From Gammaproteobacteria bacterium (lineage in GTDB: Bacteria > Pseudomonadota > Gammaproteobacteria > GCA-001735895): DNA of 64,000 nt. This document shows positions 16,970 to 27,446 of the stretch, in pieces (the first letter of the stretch is position 1; each line of letters opens with the position of its first letter). Location of the stretch: contig JBNKUM010000008.1 in NCBI GenBank assembly GCA_050298595.1, positions 32,001 to 96,000 on the forward strand. Reading direction: 5' to 3'. The notes below the pieces were generated by a model. That model was not told the origin of the DNA, made no database searches, and saw only the letters and a program-made list of their open reading frames with translations. The position numbers were made by a program, and so were the translations under genes.

Positions 16970-19492
16970 TTATTTGGTAAATAACTGTTCCCCACCTCGG
17001 GGTAAGGGGCGAGGACGGGCAATACCATAACCCTGGGCAAAATCCACACCGACCTGTTTCAGCGCTTGAATAATCTCATCATTTTCCACAAATTCAGCAA
17101 TTGTTTTCAGCTTTAAAACACTGCCAATATTATGAATTGACTCAACCATCGCTCTATCAATTGGATCCTCTGCCATATCTTTCACAAAAGCACCGTCAAT
17201 TTTTAGATAATCCACATCAAGCGATTTCAGATAGGCGAAAGAGCTCAAGCCACTACCAAAATCATCCAGTGCAAACAGACAACCTAGCTGCTTCAGTTCA
17301 TCCATAAAAACCTGAGCCTTGGAAAGATTGCTAATGGCGGATGTTTCAGTGATTTCAAAACAGATTCTGCCAGGAGGTACGGCGTATTCACTAAAAAGCT
17401 TCTTGATTCGATATAACAGATTTTCATCGACTAAGGACTGCCCCGAGAGATTGATAGCGAAGATATCATTTGAATTGTAATCCCAGTAATTATCCATCCA
17501 GTTGAATAGATTTTGGATAACCCAACGATCAATACGTGCCATTAACTGATAACGTTCTGCAGATGGAATAAAGGCTCCTGGTGGTATTAATTCGCCATTA
17601 TCCCCTATCATTCGCAGCAAAATTTCATAACGAATGTGCTCGCCCCCATCCTTCAAGGGAATTATGGGTTGGTAATTAAGTTCAAAGCTGTCATTTTCGA
17701 GCGCACTCTGGATACGAATCATCCACTGTGCTTCACCGCGTCGCTGAGATATTCCCTTATCGTCCTGGCTATACAGATGCACTCGGTTGCGCCCGGCTTC
17801 TTTGGCTGCATAACAGGCTGAATCAGCTTCTTTAAAAACTTCCTCTGCATCTGGGCTATTTTTATCTATCACCACCAGTCCGATACTGACCCCTACCTGA
17901 AACGATTGCCCACCCCAGCCGAAACGAAAGTCTTCCACAGCAGTACGAATTTCTTCAGCAATATTGACGGCGGGGCCAACTTTGCATTTTTTTAGTACTA
18001 CTGCAAATTCATCGCCCCCCAGCCGAGCAAGCATGTCATCATCGCGCATACAGGACTTAAAGATTTCAGCTAACTGGCGTAATAGTTCGTCCCCTGCAAC
18101 ATGCCCACAGGTATCATTCACCACCTTGAATTTATCCAGATCCATAAAGCAGAAACAGTGCTCTGTAGCATCCTGCCTGGACGAATTTATGGTTGCTTCC
18201 AGTTGACGCTCAAACTCCCGACGATTGATGAGTTGGGTGAGCTCATCATGACTAGCCTGCCAGGAAAGTTGACTGGCAAGGCGATGTGATTTACTCACAT
18301 CACGAAAGATCATGACTGCGCCAATGATATCACCAACCTGATTATGAATGGGTGTAGCCACCTGATGGATGACGAGCTGATCACCATTCCTGGCTATGAG
18401 GATATCTCCTGAGACCGAATCCACCTGCATTCCACTATTGATACACTCGTAAACCGGTAGTTGAGAACGCTCTGATTGAATCGTAATCACTCTGTCCAGG
18501 CGTCGATTGATCAGCTCTTCATACTTATAGCCAATGAGTTTCAAGGCTGCTGGATTGAGAAAGTTGATCTGCCCGATGATGTCTGTGGTGATTACACCAT
18601 CTGCGATACTACTTAAGGTAACCTGCGCCTGCTCTTTCTCACGGTATAGCGCTTCCTGAGCCAGTTGTCGCTCGGTAATATCCTTGATGGTGACAATAAA
18701 TTGCATATCCTCACCTTCAAAAATGGTATTTATTGCGACTTCTGAATGAAAAATTTCTCCGCTAGATCTCAATGATTTAACCTGTTCCAGAAAATTCAGT
18801 GTTTTCCCCGGATTAACACCATCCATGATCACATTGAAACGGCGGTTATAGGGTGAGGGGAATAATACCGATAGCGGTTTTCCTAAGAGTTCGTACTCGG
18901 AATAGCCGAACATGGTTTGAGCCGATTTATAGAACCCGCTAATCCGCCCCAGACGATTCAGGATAATAATCGCATCCAGTGTGTTATTCAGTATTGTCTG
19001 TAATTGCGACTCCTGTTCACGCGCTCGACTAGCCAGGGTTTCCAGCTCAAGCGTAGTCTGTTTTAACGATAGCTCATGCATATTGCCACGCGACAAATCC
19101 CTGATCTGAATCAGACAACATGTCCCATGCTGGCTAGAGACTGGCTTAACAGTAATTGATTGGTGGATACGACTATTTCGCTCCCGGTTTTGACGGTTGT
19201 GATAAAGCGGTAATGTAGCGTGATGAAACCTTGCAGAAATCAAAGAACTAAGGCCAAGCTTTAATGCATCTTCGATAGACTGGTTCAAGCGCTCATTGAT
19301 GACAGGAAAAACCTCATCAAAGGTTTGTCCCAACACCTCATCTCTAGTGCGAAAACTAAAGTGAGTTAACCACTGATTCCAGACAATAATTTCACGCTTA
19401 TGATTAAGCACCATAAATCCATAATTGATCGAGTCATAGATACTAAGATCAAATTGATGTGCTTCAACAAAAGTCTGGGTATTATTCGTCAT
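16970..19492 (-). CDS. Cytoplasmic multi-PAS GGDEF-EAL diguanylate cyclase/phosphodiesterase
   Basis: Three PAS-like segments, HDELTQLINR, ARLGGDEF, YEILLRM, LDDFGSGLSS. Confidence 0.93.
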   Translation of the reverse strand: MTNNTQTFVEAHQFDLSIYDSINYGFMVLNHKREIIVWNQWLTHFSFRTRDEVLGQTFDEVFPVINERLNQSIEDALKLGLSSLISARFHHATLPLYHNRQNRERNSRIHQSITVKPVSSQHGTCCLIQIRDLSRGNMHELSLKQTTLELETLASRAREQESQLQTILNNTLDAIIILNRLGRISGFYKSAQTMFGYSEYELLGKPLSVLFPSPYNRRFNVIMDGVNPGKTLNFLEQVKSLRSSGEIFHSEVAINTIFEGEDMQFIVTIKDITERQLAQEALYREKEQAQVTLSSIADGVITTDIIGQINFLNPAALKLIGYKYEELINRRLDRVITIQSERSQLPVYECINSGMQVDSVSGDILIARNGDQLVIHQVATPIHNQVGDIIGAVMIFRDVSKSHRLASQLSWQASHDELTQLINRREFERQLEATINSSRQDATEHCFCFMDLDKFKVVNDTCGHVAGDELLRQLAEIFKSCMRDDDMLARLGGDEFAVVLKKCKVGPAVNIAEEIRTAVEDFRFGWGGQSFQVGVSIGLVVIDKNSPDAEEVFKEADSACYAAKEAGRNRVHLYSQDDKGISQRRGEAQWMIRIQSALENDSFELNYQPIIPLKDGGEHIRYEILLRMIGDNGELIPPGAFIPSAERYQLMARIDRWVIQNLFNWMDNYWDYNSNDIFAINLSGQSLVDENLLYRIKKLFSEYAVPPGRICFEITETSAISNLSKAQVFMDELKQLGCLFALDDFGSGLSSFAYLKSLDVDYLKIDGAFVKDMAEDPIDRAMVESIHNIGSVLKLKTIAEFVENDEIIQALKQVGVDFAQGYGIARPRPLPRGGEQLFTK

Positions 19493-19549
19493 TGCCCTAC
19501 TTCGTTTAATCCAGGTTTAAACAACTGATAACAAAATAACGCATCCATA

Positions 19550-20107
19550 CTAGCGTTTACGAGTCCATAGCAGGCAAGCAATAAAGCTTTTATCTTTTAA
19601 ACTTATCTGTATTTGGGTATAGAACAGCTCATCATCAAAAATATCAGATCTATATTCATTCATGATTTGCGTATAGTGATCTCGATCAAGTCTGGGTAAA
19701 TGGCTGATGAGTTGGCCCTGATTAAGCCTCAGGTAGCTGCTGAGACAACTATTAATGATGATATTACCAAACTCCAGCAACGCCTCTTCTTCCAGTTCGG
19801 TAAGTTCACGCAGTCGCGCGTTTTCTTTTAATAGTCCGCGCATCAACTGCATACCAGCATCATGGTTTAACAAAAATAACACATGTCCCTGTATTACTCC
19901 CTGTAAGCTCTGACTTATCGCAATAACTTCAGGTTCCTGTTGATCAAACAACTTATGTAAATTATCAAGCCCAATCATGCCATGCGAAGAAATCTTGAGC
20001 TCGATATTGATATGACTTATCGATGATACTACAGACTCTGCCACAGCAAGACCCTGGGCAGTCATCTGTAGCATAGATAAATGAGGCTTTTCTTCGATAT
20101 TAATCAT
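19550..20107 (-). CDS. CheC-like phosphatase family protein
   Basis: EEEALLEFGNIIINSCLS (E-x2-N motif) in the second repeat. Confidence 0.75.
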   Translation of the reverse strand: MINIEEKPHLSMLQMTAQGLAVAESVVSSISHINIELKISSHGMIGLDNLHKLFDQQEPEVIAISQSLQGVIQGHVLFLLNHDAGMQLMRGLLKENARLRELTELEEEALLEFGNIIINSCLSSYLRLNQGQLISHLPRLDRDHYTQIMNEYRSDIFDDELFYTQIQISLKDKSFIACLLWTRKR

Positions 20108-20330
20108 CTATTTCAAATTGTCTAATAAAATCCCGTCTTGTTATTGTTATGGAAAATATGCAGTTGATTGTAGCCCGGATACACAATAGAACAAACCCGA
20201 TGCACTTATGGACACATTAAATAACATATAAACTGTCTTTTTTTGAGGTTTCTTAAGGCTCATAAAGCAAACATTGTGTAATACACTAGCTGTATACAGC
20301 TTTTACTTATCTAGCTGAACCAGCACCCAC

Positions 20331-20356
20331 AAAAAAACCCCAAGTAAAATGGGGTT
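20331..20356 (-). terminator. Rho-independent terminator downstream of the SoxW-like gene
   Basis: Minus strand AACCCCA-TTTTACT-TGGGGTT running into a T tract. Confidence 0.65.
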
Positions 20357-20427
20357 AAAACACACATTAATAACAGGAGGTAATATTGAGTATAGAAACC
20401 CTCAGTTGGCTTTATGAGACCCGAGTC

Positions 20428-21495
20428 TCATTCTGAAATTTCAATACCGACAGGGTGCATCGAGTGATAGCCCCAAATATCAACATCGAACCCCTGCTTA
20501 CGAATTTTCTCAGCACGTTCTGAAATGTAGCGCTGAAAACTTGGCTGCCTGTTGTAGCCACTATCCAAAACATAGGCAAGCGATGACTGAACATGGAAGG
20601 TTTTAAAAAAACCTTCCATTCGGTGCACCTCAACTCCTTGATCATCGAGTAATACTATCGACGGGGTGTAGTTAATCTTTAATTTTTCTGCAAATTTCCT
20701 GTGTGACATTTTCTGGCCATCTGGAGTAATAATCTGAGCTTCAGAATTTACATTCAGCAAAACATTATCCATTTCCTTAACCAGAGCCCGGGTTGGTTTA
20801 TCACTTAGCACCTTTTCGTGCAGGGTTTTACAATCCTCACAACCCGCAGACTCAAAATAGAGCGCGAGAGGTTTGTTAGAACGCTTAATGATTGCCTGTA
20901 AATCCGCTTCTTCCAGGAAAAAATCATCCTTAATCAGTGGCTGATCACTATTAGCCGTTCCTTTAAGCATATACTGGGTAAAGCCCTGCTGATTTTCCTG
21001 TTTCTGTGCGACATAGCTGAGGGCTTTCCTGAATTTCTCAGGTGATTGATAGCCATTTAAGCGCAGGATCACCTTACCCTGCTCGTTAAGAAATAATAAT
21101 GTCGGTGTAAATTGAACCTTAAGAGCGGCTGACAGCGTTTTTTCAGTAAACGATTTTCCTCCGACTGACACGACTTCACGATCACCCCACATATTCAAAC
21201 TGATACCGTCGAAATACTGTTGGATATAAGACTTTATTTCTGGATCGGTAAAGTTTTCTTCCACCAGACGCGCGCAATAGGGGCAGCCATCCTGATGGAA
21301 AAACAGCATTACTCGCTTACCCTGCTCTTTAGCCTCGGCGACATCTTCTTCAAACTCGAGAAAGCTTTCCTTGAACCAGGAAGGTTTATCAGATGTTTTA
21401 GCGCCTAGAAAGGCACCAGAGCGCTGTTCAGTAGCTGAAACCACCAACATAAAACTGCATAGCCACAATATGCTCAGAAATTTTATCATTTTCAT
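20428..21495 (-). CDS. Periplasmic double thioredoxin-fold protein, SoxW-like
   Basis: Signal peptide; PSWFKESFLEFEEDV, GCPYC and GCEDC motifs, QFTPT and NYTPS cis-Pro loops. Confidence 0.85.
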   Translation of the reverse strand: MKMIKFLSILWLCSFMLVVSATEQRSGAFLGAKTSDKPSWFKESFLEFEEDVAEAKEQGKRVMLFFHQDGCPYCARLVEENFTDPEIKSYIQQYFDGISLNMWGDREVVSVGGKSFTEKTLSAALKVQFTPTLLFLNEQGKVILRLNGYQSPEKFRKALSYVAQKQENQQGFTQYMLKGTANSDQPLIKDDFFLEEADLQAIIKRSNKPLALYFESAGCEDCKTLHEKVLSDKPTRALVKEMDNVLLNVNSEAQIITPDGQKMSHRKFAEKLKINYTPSIVLLDDQGVEVHRMEGFFKTFHVQSSLAYVLDSGYNRQPSFQRYISERAEKIRKQGFDVDIWGYHSMHPVGIEISE

Positions 21496-21570
21496 AGCTT
21501 AAACCTATTTAGGTTCATAGTTAAATAAAGACGCAACTTCGGCAGGATTTATTCGAAATAATGTCCAGAT

Positions 21571-21737
21571 TTAAGGAACCTCTGATTAATTCTGGGTCGA
21601 GGGTGTAGTGAGATGAAATACTTCGGATCAAGGCGAAAAGTGCACGTAATAGCAAGCTATTGCGAAACTTTTCAACGCTGAGCCGGATTATTTCAGCCAC
21701 CACACACCGATCCACGAATTGATCAGAGGTTCCTTAA
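21571..21737. mobile_element. MITE with IS5-group-like ends and TTAA flanks
   Basis: TTAA-GGAACCTCTGATTAATTC ... GAATTGATCAGAGGTTCC-TTAA; one mismatch in 22 bp; palindromic interior. Confidence 0.85.
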
Positions 21738-21745
21738 GTAGATTG

Positions 21746-23398
21746 CTATCCGGCAGTTTTAAATTCAATGACTTCATCCATTAAGTCGAGACCGGTTTTA
21801 GTATGGGTAATAAGCAGAAAAGATTTGTCTTTTAGTTGTTCAATCAGTCCTGAGATAAGTGCAGCTTCAGTTTTACTATCCAGTCCTTCGCCAGGTTCAT
21901 CAAGAATCAGGCACTCAAAATCTCTAAGCAGAGCACGCGCAATTGCGATGCGTCTGGCCTGCCCCCCTGAAACCTTGATGCCCGTTTCCCCTACCCAGGT
22001 ATCCAGCCCATCAGGTTGATGCTGAATAAAATCATCAAGCTGGGCCAAGCTACAAACCCGGTTTAATTCATCCTCGGTCGTATCGGGTTTAGCAAGCAAA
22101 AGGTTATTTCGAATTGTGGTATTGAATAGATGTACCTGCTGAGGCACCACGGCAATCCAGTTATGCAATTGCTCACTACGGTAATCAGTTATTGACCTTC
22201 CGCCAAAAGATATCTCACCTGACTGAGGTCCACGATAACGCAGTAACAGTTGAATCAAGCTGCTTTTTCCTGATCCCGTGGGTCCGACAATGGCCAATTT
22301 TTTTCCAGATAACAGCAGAAGATTAACATCCGATAAAACCTGCGTAGCATTTTCATGATATCGAAAAAACACATGATTAAACTGGATATCAAAGTGATCA
22401 GGAGTTTGTGCGTCGCAAGCTGGCTCTAACACGGGAGATACCCGATCAATCACGGAGAATAAGCGATTAGCTGCAGTCTGAATTTGGCCCATTAGACGGA
22501 ATGCCTCAGGTAACGGCATGACTGATTCAAAAGCAGCAAGGGTAAATAACACCAGCATCGCGAGTTCAGCACCGCTTATCTCAGCATTAAGCGTTGATGG
22601 AATCGCGAGCAGCAGCACTAACCATTGCGCCAGGTTCATCATCAACAATAAACCGGACTGGGCCAACCCTGATACATAACCCATTTTTTTCTGTGCATCG
22701 ATACTGCGTTGACTGGTTTCAGTTACCTGAGCATAGCTTTGTTCAAGCGCACCATACACAGTCAATTCAGCCATACCCTGTACTGCATCGACTATCTGGG
22801 TATTTAATAAGGCGGTTTGTTCGACTATAGATTGTCCCGATTTTTTTCCTAATTTGGCGATCATAAAAGGTAATAGCAAACCAGAGATTATTAACAGTAA
22901 AAGTAGTAGCAGGCCCAGCGTGAGATTATATCGGCTCATCACCCAACTGGTGACTAGAACACCAATTATTGCAACCGATACCGGGACTATAACCCTTATA
23001 TACAGATTACTCAGGGTATCGATATCTGATCTGATCGTGCTTAGCAGGTCTCCGCTGCGAACATCCTCTAACGCAGAAGGAACTAATGGTTCTAAATGAG
23101 TGTAAAACCAGACTCGCAGGCCCGATAAAAACCTGAAGGTCGCCTCATGAGTGACCAGCCTTTCAGCATAGCGCCCAGCTGTACGAAAAATCGCTGCACC
23201 CCGAATGATTGCCGCTGGACTGTAATAGTTCATAGAAACGCCAGCCACACCCGCAATTGCCATGGAGGCTATAAACCAGCCCGAAACGGCCATCAGTGAT
23301 ATATTGGCTAACAGCGTTATAGTGGACAGGAAAATCCCCAATAAGACCCAGGCAATATAGGGCTTATATAATTTTATTAAACGCCACATAATTCTCAT
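21746..23398 (-). CDS. cydC: ABC exporter subunit CydC
   Basis: RTAGRYAERLVTHEATFR, RSGDLL, GPTGSGKS, VSGGQARR. Confidence 0.95.
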   Translation of the reverse strand: MRIMWRLIKLYKPYIAWVLLGIFLSTITLLANISLMAVSGWFIASMAIAGVAGVSMNYYSPAAIIRGAAIFRTAGRYAERLVTHEATFRFLSGLRVWFYTHLEPLVPSALEDVRSGDLLSTIRSDIDTLSNLYIRVIVPVSVAIIGVLVTSWVMSRYNLTLGLLLLLLLIISGLLLPFMIAKLGKKSGQSIVEQTALLNTQIVDAVQGMAELTVYGALEQSYAQVTETSQRSIDAQKKMGYVSGLAQSGLLLMMNLAQWLVLLLAIPSTLNAEISGAELAMLVLFTLAAFESVMPLPEAFRLMGQIQTAANRLFSVIDRVSPVLEPACDAQTPDHFDIQFNHVFFRYHENATQVLSDVNLLLLSGKKLAIVGPTGSGKSSLIQLLLRYRGPQSGEISFGGRSITDYRSEQLHNWIAVVPQQVHLFNTTIRNNLLLAKPDTTEDELNRVCSLAQLDDFIQHQPDGLDTWVGETGIKVSGGQARRIAIARALLRDFECLILDEPGEGLDSKTEAALISGLIEQLKDKSFLLITHTKTGLDLMDEVIEFKTAG

Positions 23399-25128
23399 TA
23401 CAGAACACCGTAGGCTGTTACCAGTTGCTGATACAGGCCAGCCTGTGAATTTAATTGTGTATGCGTCCCCTGCTGAATAACCTGGCCCTGGTCTAATACA
23501 ATAATTCGATCAGCTTGTTGGATGGTATTCAAGCGATGTGCAATAGAAAGTACTGTGCGACCTTTTGTAAAACGCTGCAATGCCTGTTGTATAATAAACT
23601 CGCTATCCTTATCCAGATGCGCCGTAGGTTCGTCAAGTATCAGCAATCTAGGTTGGCGCAAAAATGCTCTGGAAAGTGCCAGCCGTTGTAGCTGCCCTCC
23701 AGATAAACCTTGCCCGCCATCACCAATGAGGGTGTCTAATCCAGCGGGTAGCTTTTCTACAAATTCGCGCGCACAGGATTGATCAAGGGCATCTAGTACA
23801 GCTGACTCATCGACATCATTCATGCCGAGAGTCATATTATCCAGCACTGATCCGTAAAACATGCGCGGGCGTTGTGGTATCCAGGCAATGTTTTGGCGCC
23901 AGGACTCAAGTTTAATCTGATCCAGATTCTGCTGATTGACCAGAATCTGCCCCTGCTCTAGCTGTAAAAAGCCAAGTAGCAGATTGACTAAGGTAGATTT
24001 ACCACTGCCTGATGGCCCTACCAGAGCCACATGCTCTCCAGCAGGTATATCAAAACTAATGCCTTTAAGTGCAGGTCTTTCAGCGTAATTAAAACTAACA
24101 TCACGAAAACTGATAGCGATCGATTTTTCGCTCAGCTCAATGGTTCTCTTAGCAGAATCTACTACCGAGGTTTGCAGAATTTGTATAATCCGCTCACTAC
24201 TCGCAATAGCCTCCATGCGACCATGATAATGAGTGCCGAGGGAACGCAACGGTAGATAAAATTCTGGTGCCAATAGCAAAATAAAGAAACCGGATTCAAA
24301 GCCCATTTCACCGAATAACAAACGAAAACCAATCAACACAGCTACAATGGCTATAGAAACCGTGGCAAAAAATTCTAATGCTAAAGAAGATAGAAATGCC
24401 ACCCGTAATACTTTCATGGTCGCTTCCCGATAGTCTTCGGAAATACGCTCAACTACCTGAGCTTCACGTTTACTGGCATTAAATAGTTTCAAGGTCGTCA
24501 AACCCTGGATAGTATCCAGAAAGTGACCACCAAGGCGAGCTAGTTGCTTCCATTGTTGCTGATTTAACTTCTCAGCCCCCTTTCCAATCAGTATCATAAA
24601 AAAGGGTATTAAAGGTGCTGTCAGAAACATAACAAGCCCAGACTTCCAGTCTATCGGGAAAACAAAAACAAGAATTGATAGAGGTATCCACAGTGCCAGC
24701 GACATAGCTGGCAGGTAACGTGCGTAATAATTTTCCAGTGCTTCCACCCCTTCGGTTAAGGTAGTACTGATTTCCCCGCTACGTTCTCCGGATAAATATG
24801 AGGGGCCAAGCTGCTGAATTTTTTTAAGTAACCGCTCACGAATATTTTGTTTGATAGCTGCGCTAGCAAGAAATGCAACTCGTTCAGTAAAATAACTCAC
24901 TATCACTCTGGCAAGAATGATAGCGAGTATACCGGTAAGCCATATTTGAACATCATCCAGTGATTGCTGGTCAAACACTACAGCATTGACGATATGCGCC
25001 AGACACCAGGCCTGGGCGATAATAAGTAAACCGCCCAGGCTGCCTAAGGCAATAGCGTAGCGAAGTAAGCCACCTTGATGTTTTATTTTAGCTTTTAAAA
25101 ACTCAACAGATTGCAGAGGCTGACTCAC
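23398..25128 (-). CDS. cydD: ABC exporter subunit CydD
   Basis: YYARYLP, TMKVLRVAFLSS, LAPEFYLPLR, GPSGSGKS, LSGGQ; stop overlaps the cydC ATG. Confidence 0.95.
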   Translation of the reverse strand: MSQPLQSVEFLKAKIKHQGGLLRYAIALGSLGGLLIIAQAWCLAHIVNAVVFDQQSLDDVQIWLTGILAIILARVIVSYFTERVAFLASAAIKQNIRERLLKKIQQLGPSYLSGERSGEISTTLTEGVEALENYYARYLPAMSLALWIPLSILVFVFPIDWKSGLVMFLTAPLIPFFMILIGKGAEKLNQQQWKQLARLGGHFLDTIQGLTTLKLFNASKREAQVVERISEDYREATMKVLRVAFLSSLALEFFATVSIAIVAVLIGFRLLFGEMGFESGFFILLLAPEFYLPLRSLGTHYHGRMEAIASSERIIQILQTSVVDSAKRTIELSEKSIAISFRDVSFNYAERPALKGISFDIPAGEHVALVGPSGSGKSTLVNLLLGFLQLEQGQILVNQQNLDQIKLESWRQNIAWIPQRPRMFYGSVLDNMTLGMNDVDESAVLDALDQSCAREFVEKLPAGLDTLIGDGGQGLSGGQLQRLALSRAFLRQPRLLILDEPTAHLDKDSEFIIQQALQRFTKGRTVLSIAHRLNTIQQADRIIVLDQGQVIQQGTHTQLNSQAGLYQQLVTAYGVL

Positions 25129-25146
25129 AAAACTACAATAAATGAA

Positions 25147-25797
25147 TTATTGAATATGACCTGGCTCATCTTGTTTAAGATAAGCTACTTCTTCAGGACT
25201 TAAATCAACATCATCAAAACCACTGATCATCGGCATAATGTGCTCTTTAACAGAATGGCCTAAGGTCAACATATAAATATGCACCAAGACGAAAAGCACA
25301 ATTGCAAAAGCAGCGGCTGTATGAATTATTGCAACGATCGATAATGAGAGGCCTGAAAAAAGGGGAGCCCAGTACCCGTACAACAGGTAAACAATTCCCG
25401 AAATCCAGATTGCTGGGAAAATCAAAATTTTCAGGACTAAATAAGCCAGAGCCTGCAATGGATTATGTTTTCGAAGATATAGCTTTCGATAAGGATGACG
25501 TTCCCCTTTAAAAACACCAAAACTATAAAACCTGATAACACTCCAAAGCCCATCTTTGGTAGGCAAATAATGCCTCCAGGCTCCCGTGGTAAACAGCCAG
25601 AATATGGCAAATGCCCATAACACTAAAAGTGCTAGCGCACTATAGGTATGCCAATTAACTTCAGAATAAAAACTCATCAAGTCATGAAACCCATGAATAC
25701 CAAATCCAGTGAATAACAAAGTCATAATTAATGCCATTTGACACCAATGCCAAAACCGTTCGAAGCGAGTAAATATAAGTACTTTATGCTTAGCCAT
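25147..25797 (-). CDS. Membrane cytochrome b subunit (PhsC / Ni-hydrogenase cytochrome b-like), probable partner of the octaheme cytochrome
   Basis: ERFWHW, KHNPLQALAY, IHTAAAF...VHIYM; four TM segments with His ligands. Confidence 0.85.
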   Translation of the reverse strand: MAKHKVLIFTRFERFWHWCQMALIMTLLFTGFGIHGFHDLMSFYSEVNWHTYSALALLVLWAFAIFWLFTTGAWRHYLPTKDGLWSVIRFYSFGVFKGERHPYRKLYLRKHNPLQALAYLVLKILIFPAIWISGIVYLLYGYWAPLFSGLSLSIVAIIHTAAAFAIVLFVLVHIYMLTLGHSVKEHIMPMISGFDDVDLSPEEVAYLKQDEPGHIQ

Positions 25798-25799
25798 TA

Positions 25800-27446
25800 T
25801 TATTTCCCCTTATTAATTAATTTACGTGTTAAAGCATGCCCAACAATAGCGATAATGCTAAGCAAAATGGCAATTACACCAATAGTATCCAGTATTGGGT
25901 TACTATCTCTTGCGGGTAAATAAACGCCTTTTATATCTTTTAAACGACTATCCTTGGAATGACAGCTACCACATCTAACTACATCTTCTTTTGGTGCAAC
26001 CATATGAGTAATAGGCCAGAAAGATTGAGTTTGTATAAACCCGTATTCACCACTATAAGGCCGACCATTCTTTTCCATTCCTTTTTCTATGGCTTTTGAG
26101 AAATCAAAATTACCCCAGAAGGAAGTATCATCATTACCCCATAAATGCATATACACCAGAGTGTTATTACCTTTATCGTAAGGCTGGTTAGTTCTCATAA
26201 CCTTGAATGGCCAGATTCGTGAATTTTTATCGCCCTCACTACCACCTATATGGTTAATATCTATAGGAGCAGTGGCTGGATCAAATTTTGTATCAGCCAA
26301 CGTGTAGGTCATTTCTCCATTAAACCAGTAGAACTCTGGTACATAATTTTCACCATACACAAAATCTCCTTTAATCGACTTATAGGTATGTCGGTGCTCA
26401 CCATTACCCTGAATATAGTTTTCTTCATTGTAGCCCAAACCATCTTTTAACTTACCTGCCGTACTCCAGTCCCAGTCAGTTTTAGTTGCTACACCACCAC
26501 GCGCTATGGTGGGAATGTGACAGGTTTGGCAGGCGATTTTCTGTACATGATGATTCAGCTTAATGCCTGTCAGTTCACTTTTGTCATGTGGTTCATCACT
26601 ATGGCAGGATTCACAGGTAGCCACATCGCGTCTCTCACCTGGCTTGCCGGTACCTTCTATATCTTTAGCAATCACATCATAACGACTGCCAGCCCAGATA
26701 TGTTTTTTGGTGATATGGCATTGAGTACAGGCAAAATTCAATCCATTTTCATCCATATGAACATCCAGAGCTTTATCCGGATGAATTAAAGATGAATCCA
26801 GGTCACCATGTTTGACGCCATCACCACCGCCCCCGTAAAAATGGCAGCTACCACAGTTTTCTCTGTTAGGTAGTCCAACACTTTGAGCAACCTTACTCCA
26901 CTTAATCTCTTCTAACCCTTCAAACATGATAGAACAGGCTGCATTACCCGTAGTTGTGGGCGTTTTGTAATAGCTACCGGTCTGGTCATGACAGACCACG
27001 CAATCTATATTTTCCTGTTTTGTAAAATCGAAGCTTTCATCTTTCCATCCGTACCCTGCGTGACACTGGGCACACATCCCTTCGTTACCACGTGCATTGG
27101 TACAGAAGTTATTAATTACATTTTTTTTACCCAGTTTCTGTCCAGTTCTGGGGTTGATGTATTCCCAGGTCTAGTGAACATTTTGCATAAACTGATGCCC
27201 AGCCTCGGTATGACACTCGAGGCAGGCTTGTGTAACTGCAGGCCCACTTTCGAATGGCCCTTTTAGCTCCTTGAATTTACTGTGATCGGCTGTTGAATTC
27301 GATTCATGCTGTGGCGGGGGCTTAGTCACTGCTCCAGCCTGATGATCATTATCATTTGTATTATCTGTCGTTATCGAAGCCTGAATCGAGCCATAAAAGA
27401 AAAGGCCAAAAAAAACAATACAGATATTCCTCTTAGTTAATTTCAT
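25800..27446 (-). pseudogene. Octaheme c-type cytochrome of the tetrathionate reductase (OTR) family, interrupted by one in-frame TAG at 27171-27173
   Basis: ORFs 27171-27446 and 25800-27077 share a frame: CLECH...NVH*TWEYINPRTGQKLGKKNVINNFC...CAQCH; eight CxxCH motifs in total; signal peptide and C-terminal TM anchor. Confidence 0.88.

Noticed and set aside
27171-27173. Pyrrolysine recoding of the TAG
   Set aside because: Position corresponds to a conserved Trp, no pyl genes are in the window, and TAG is used as a normal stop elsewhere (e.g. flgN, glgB)
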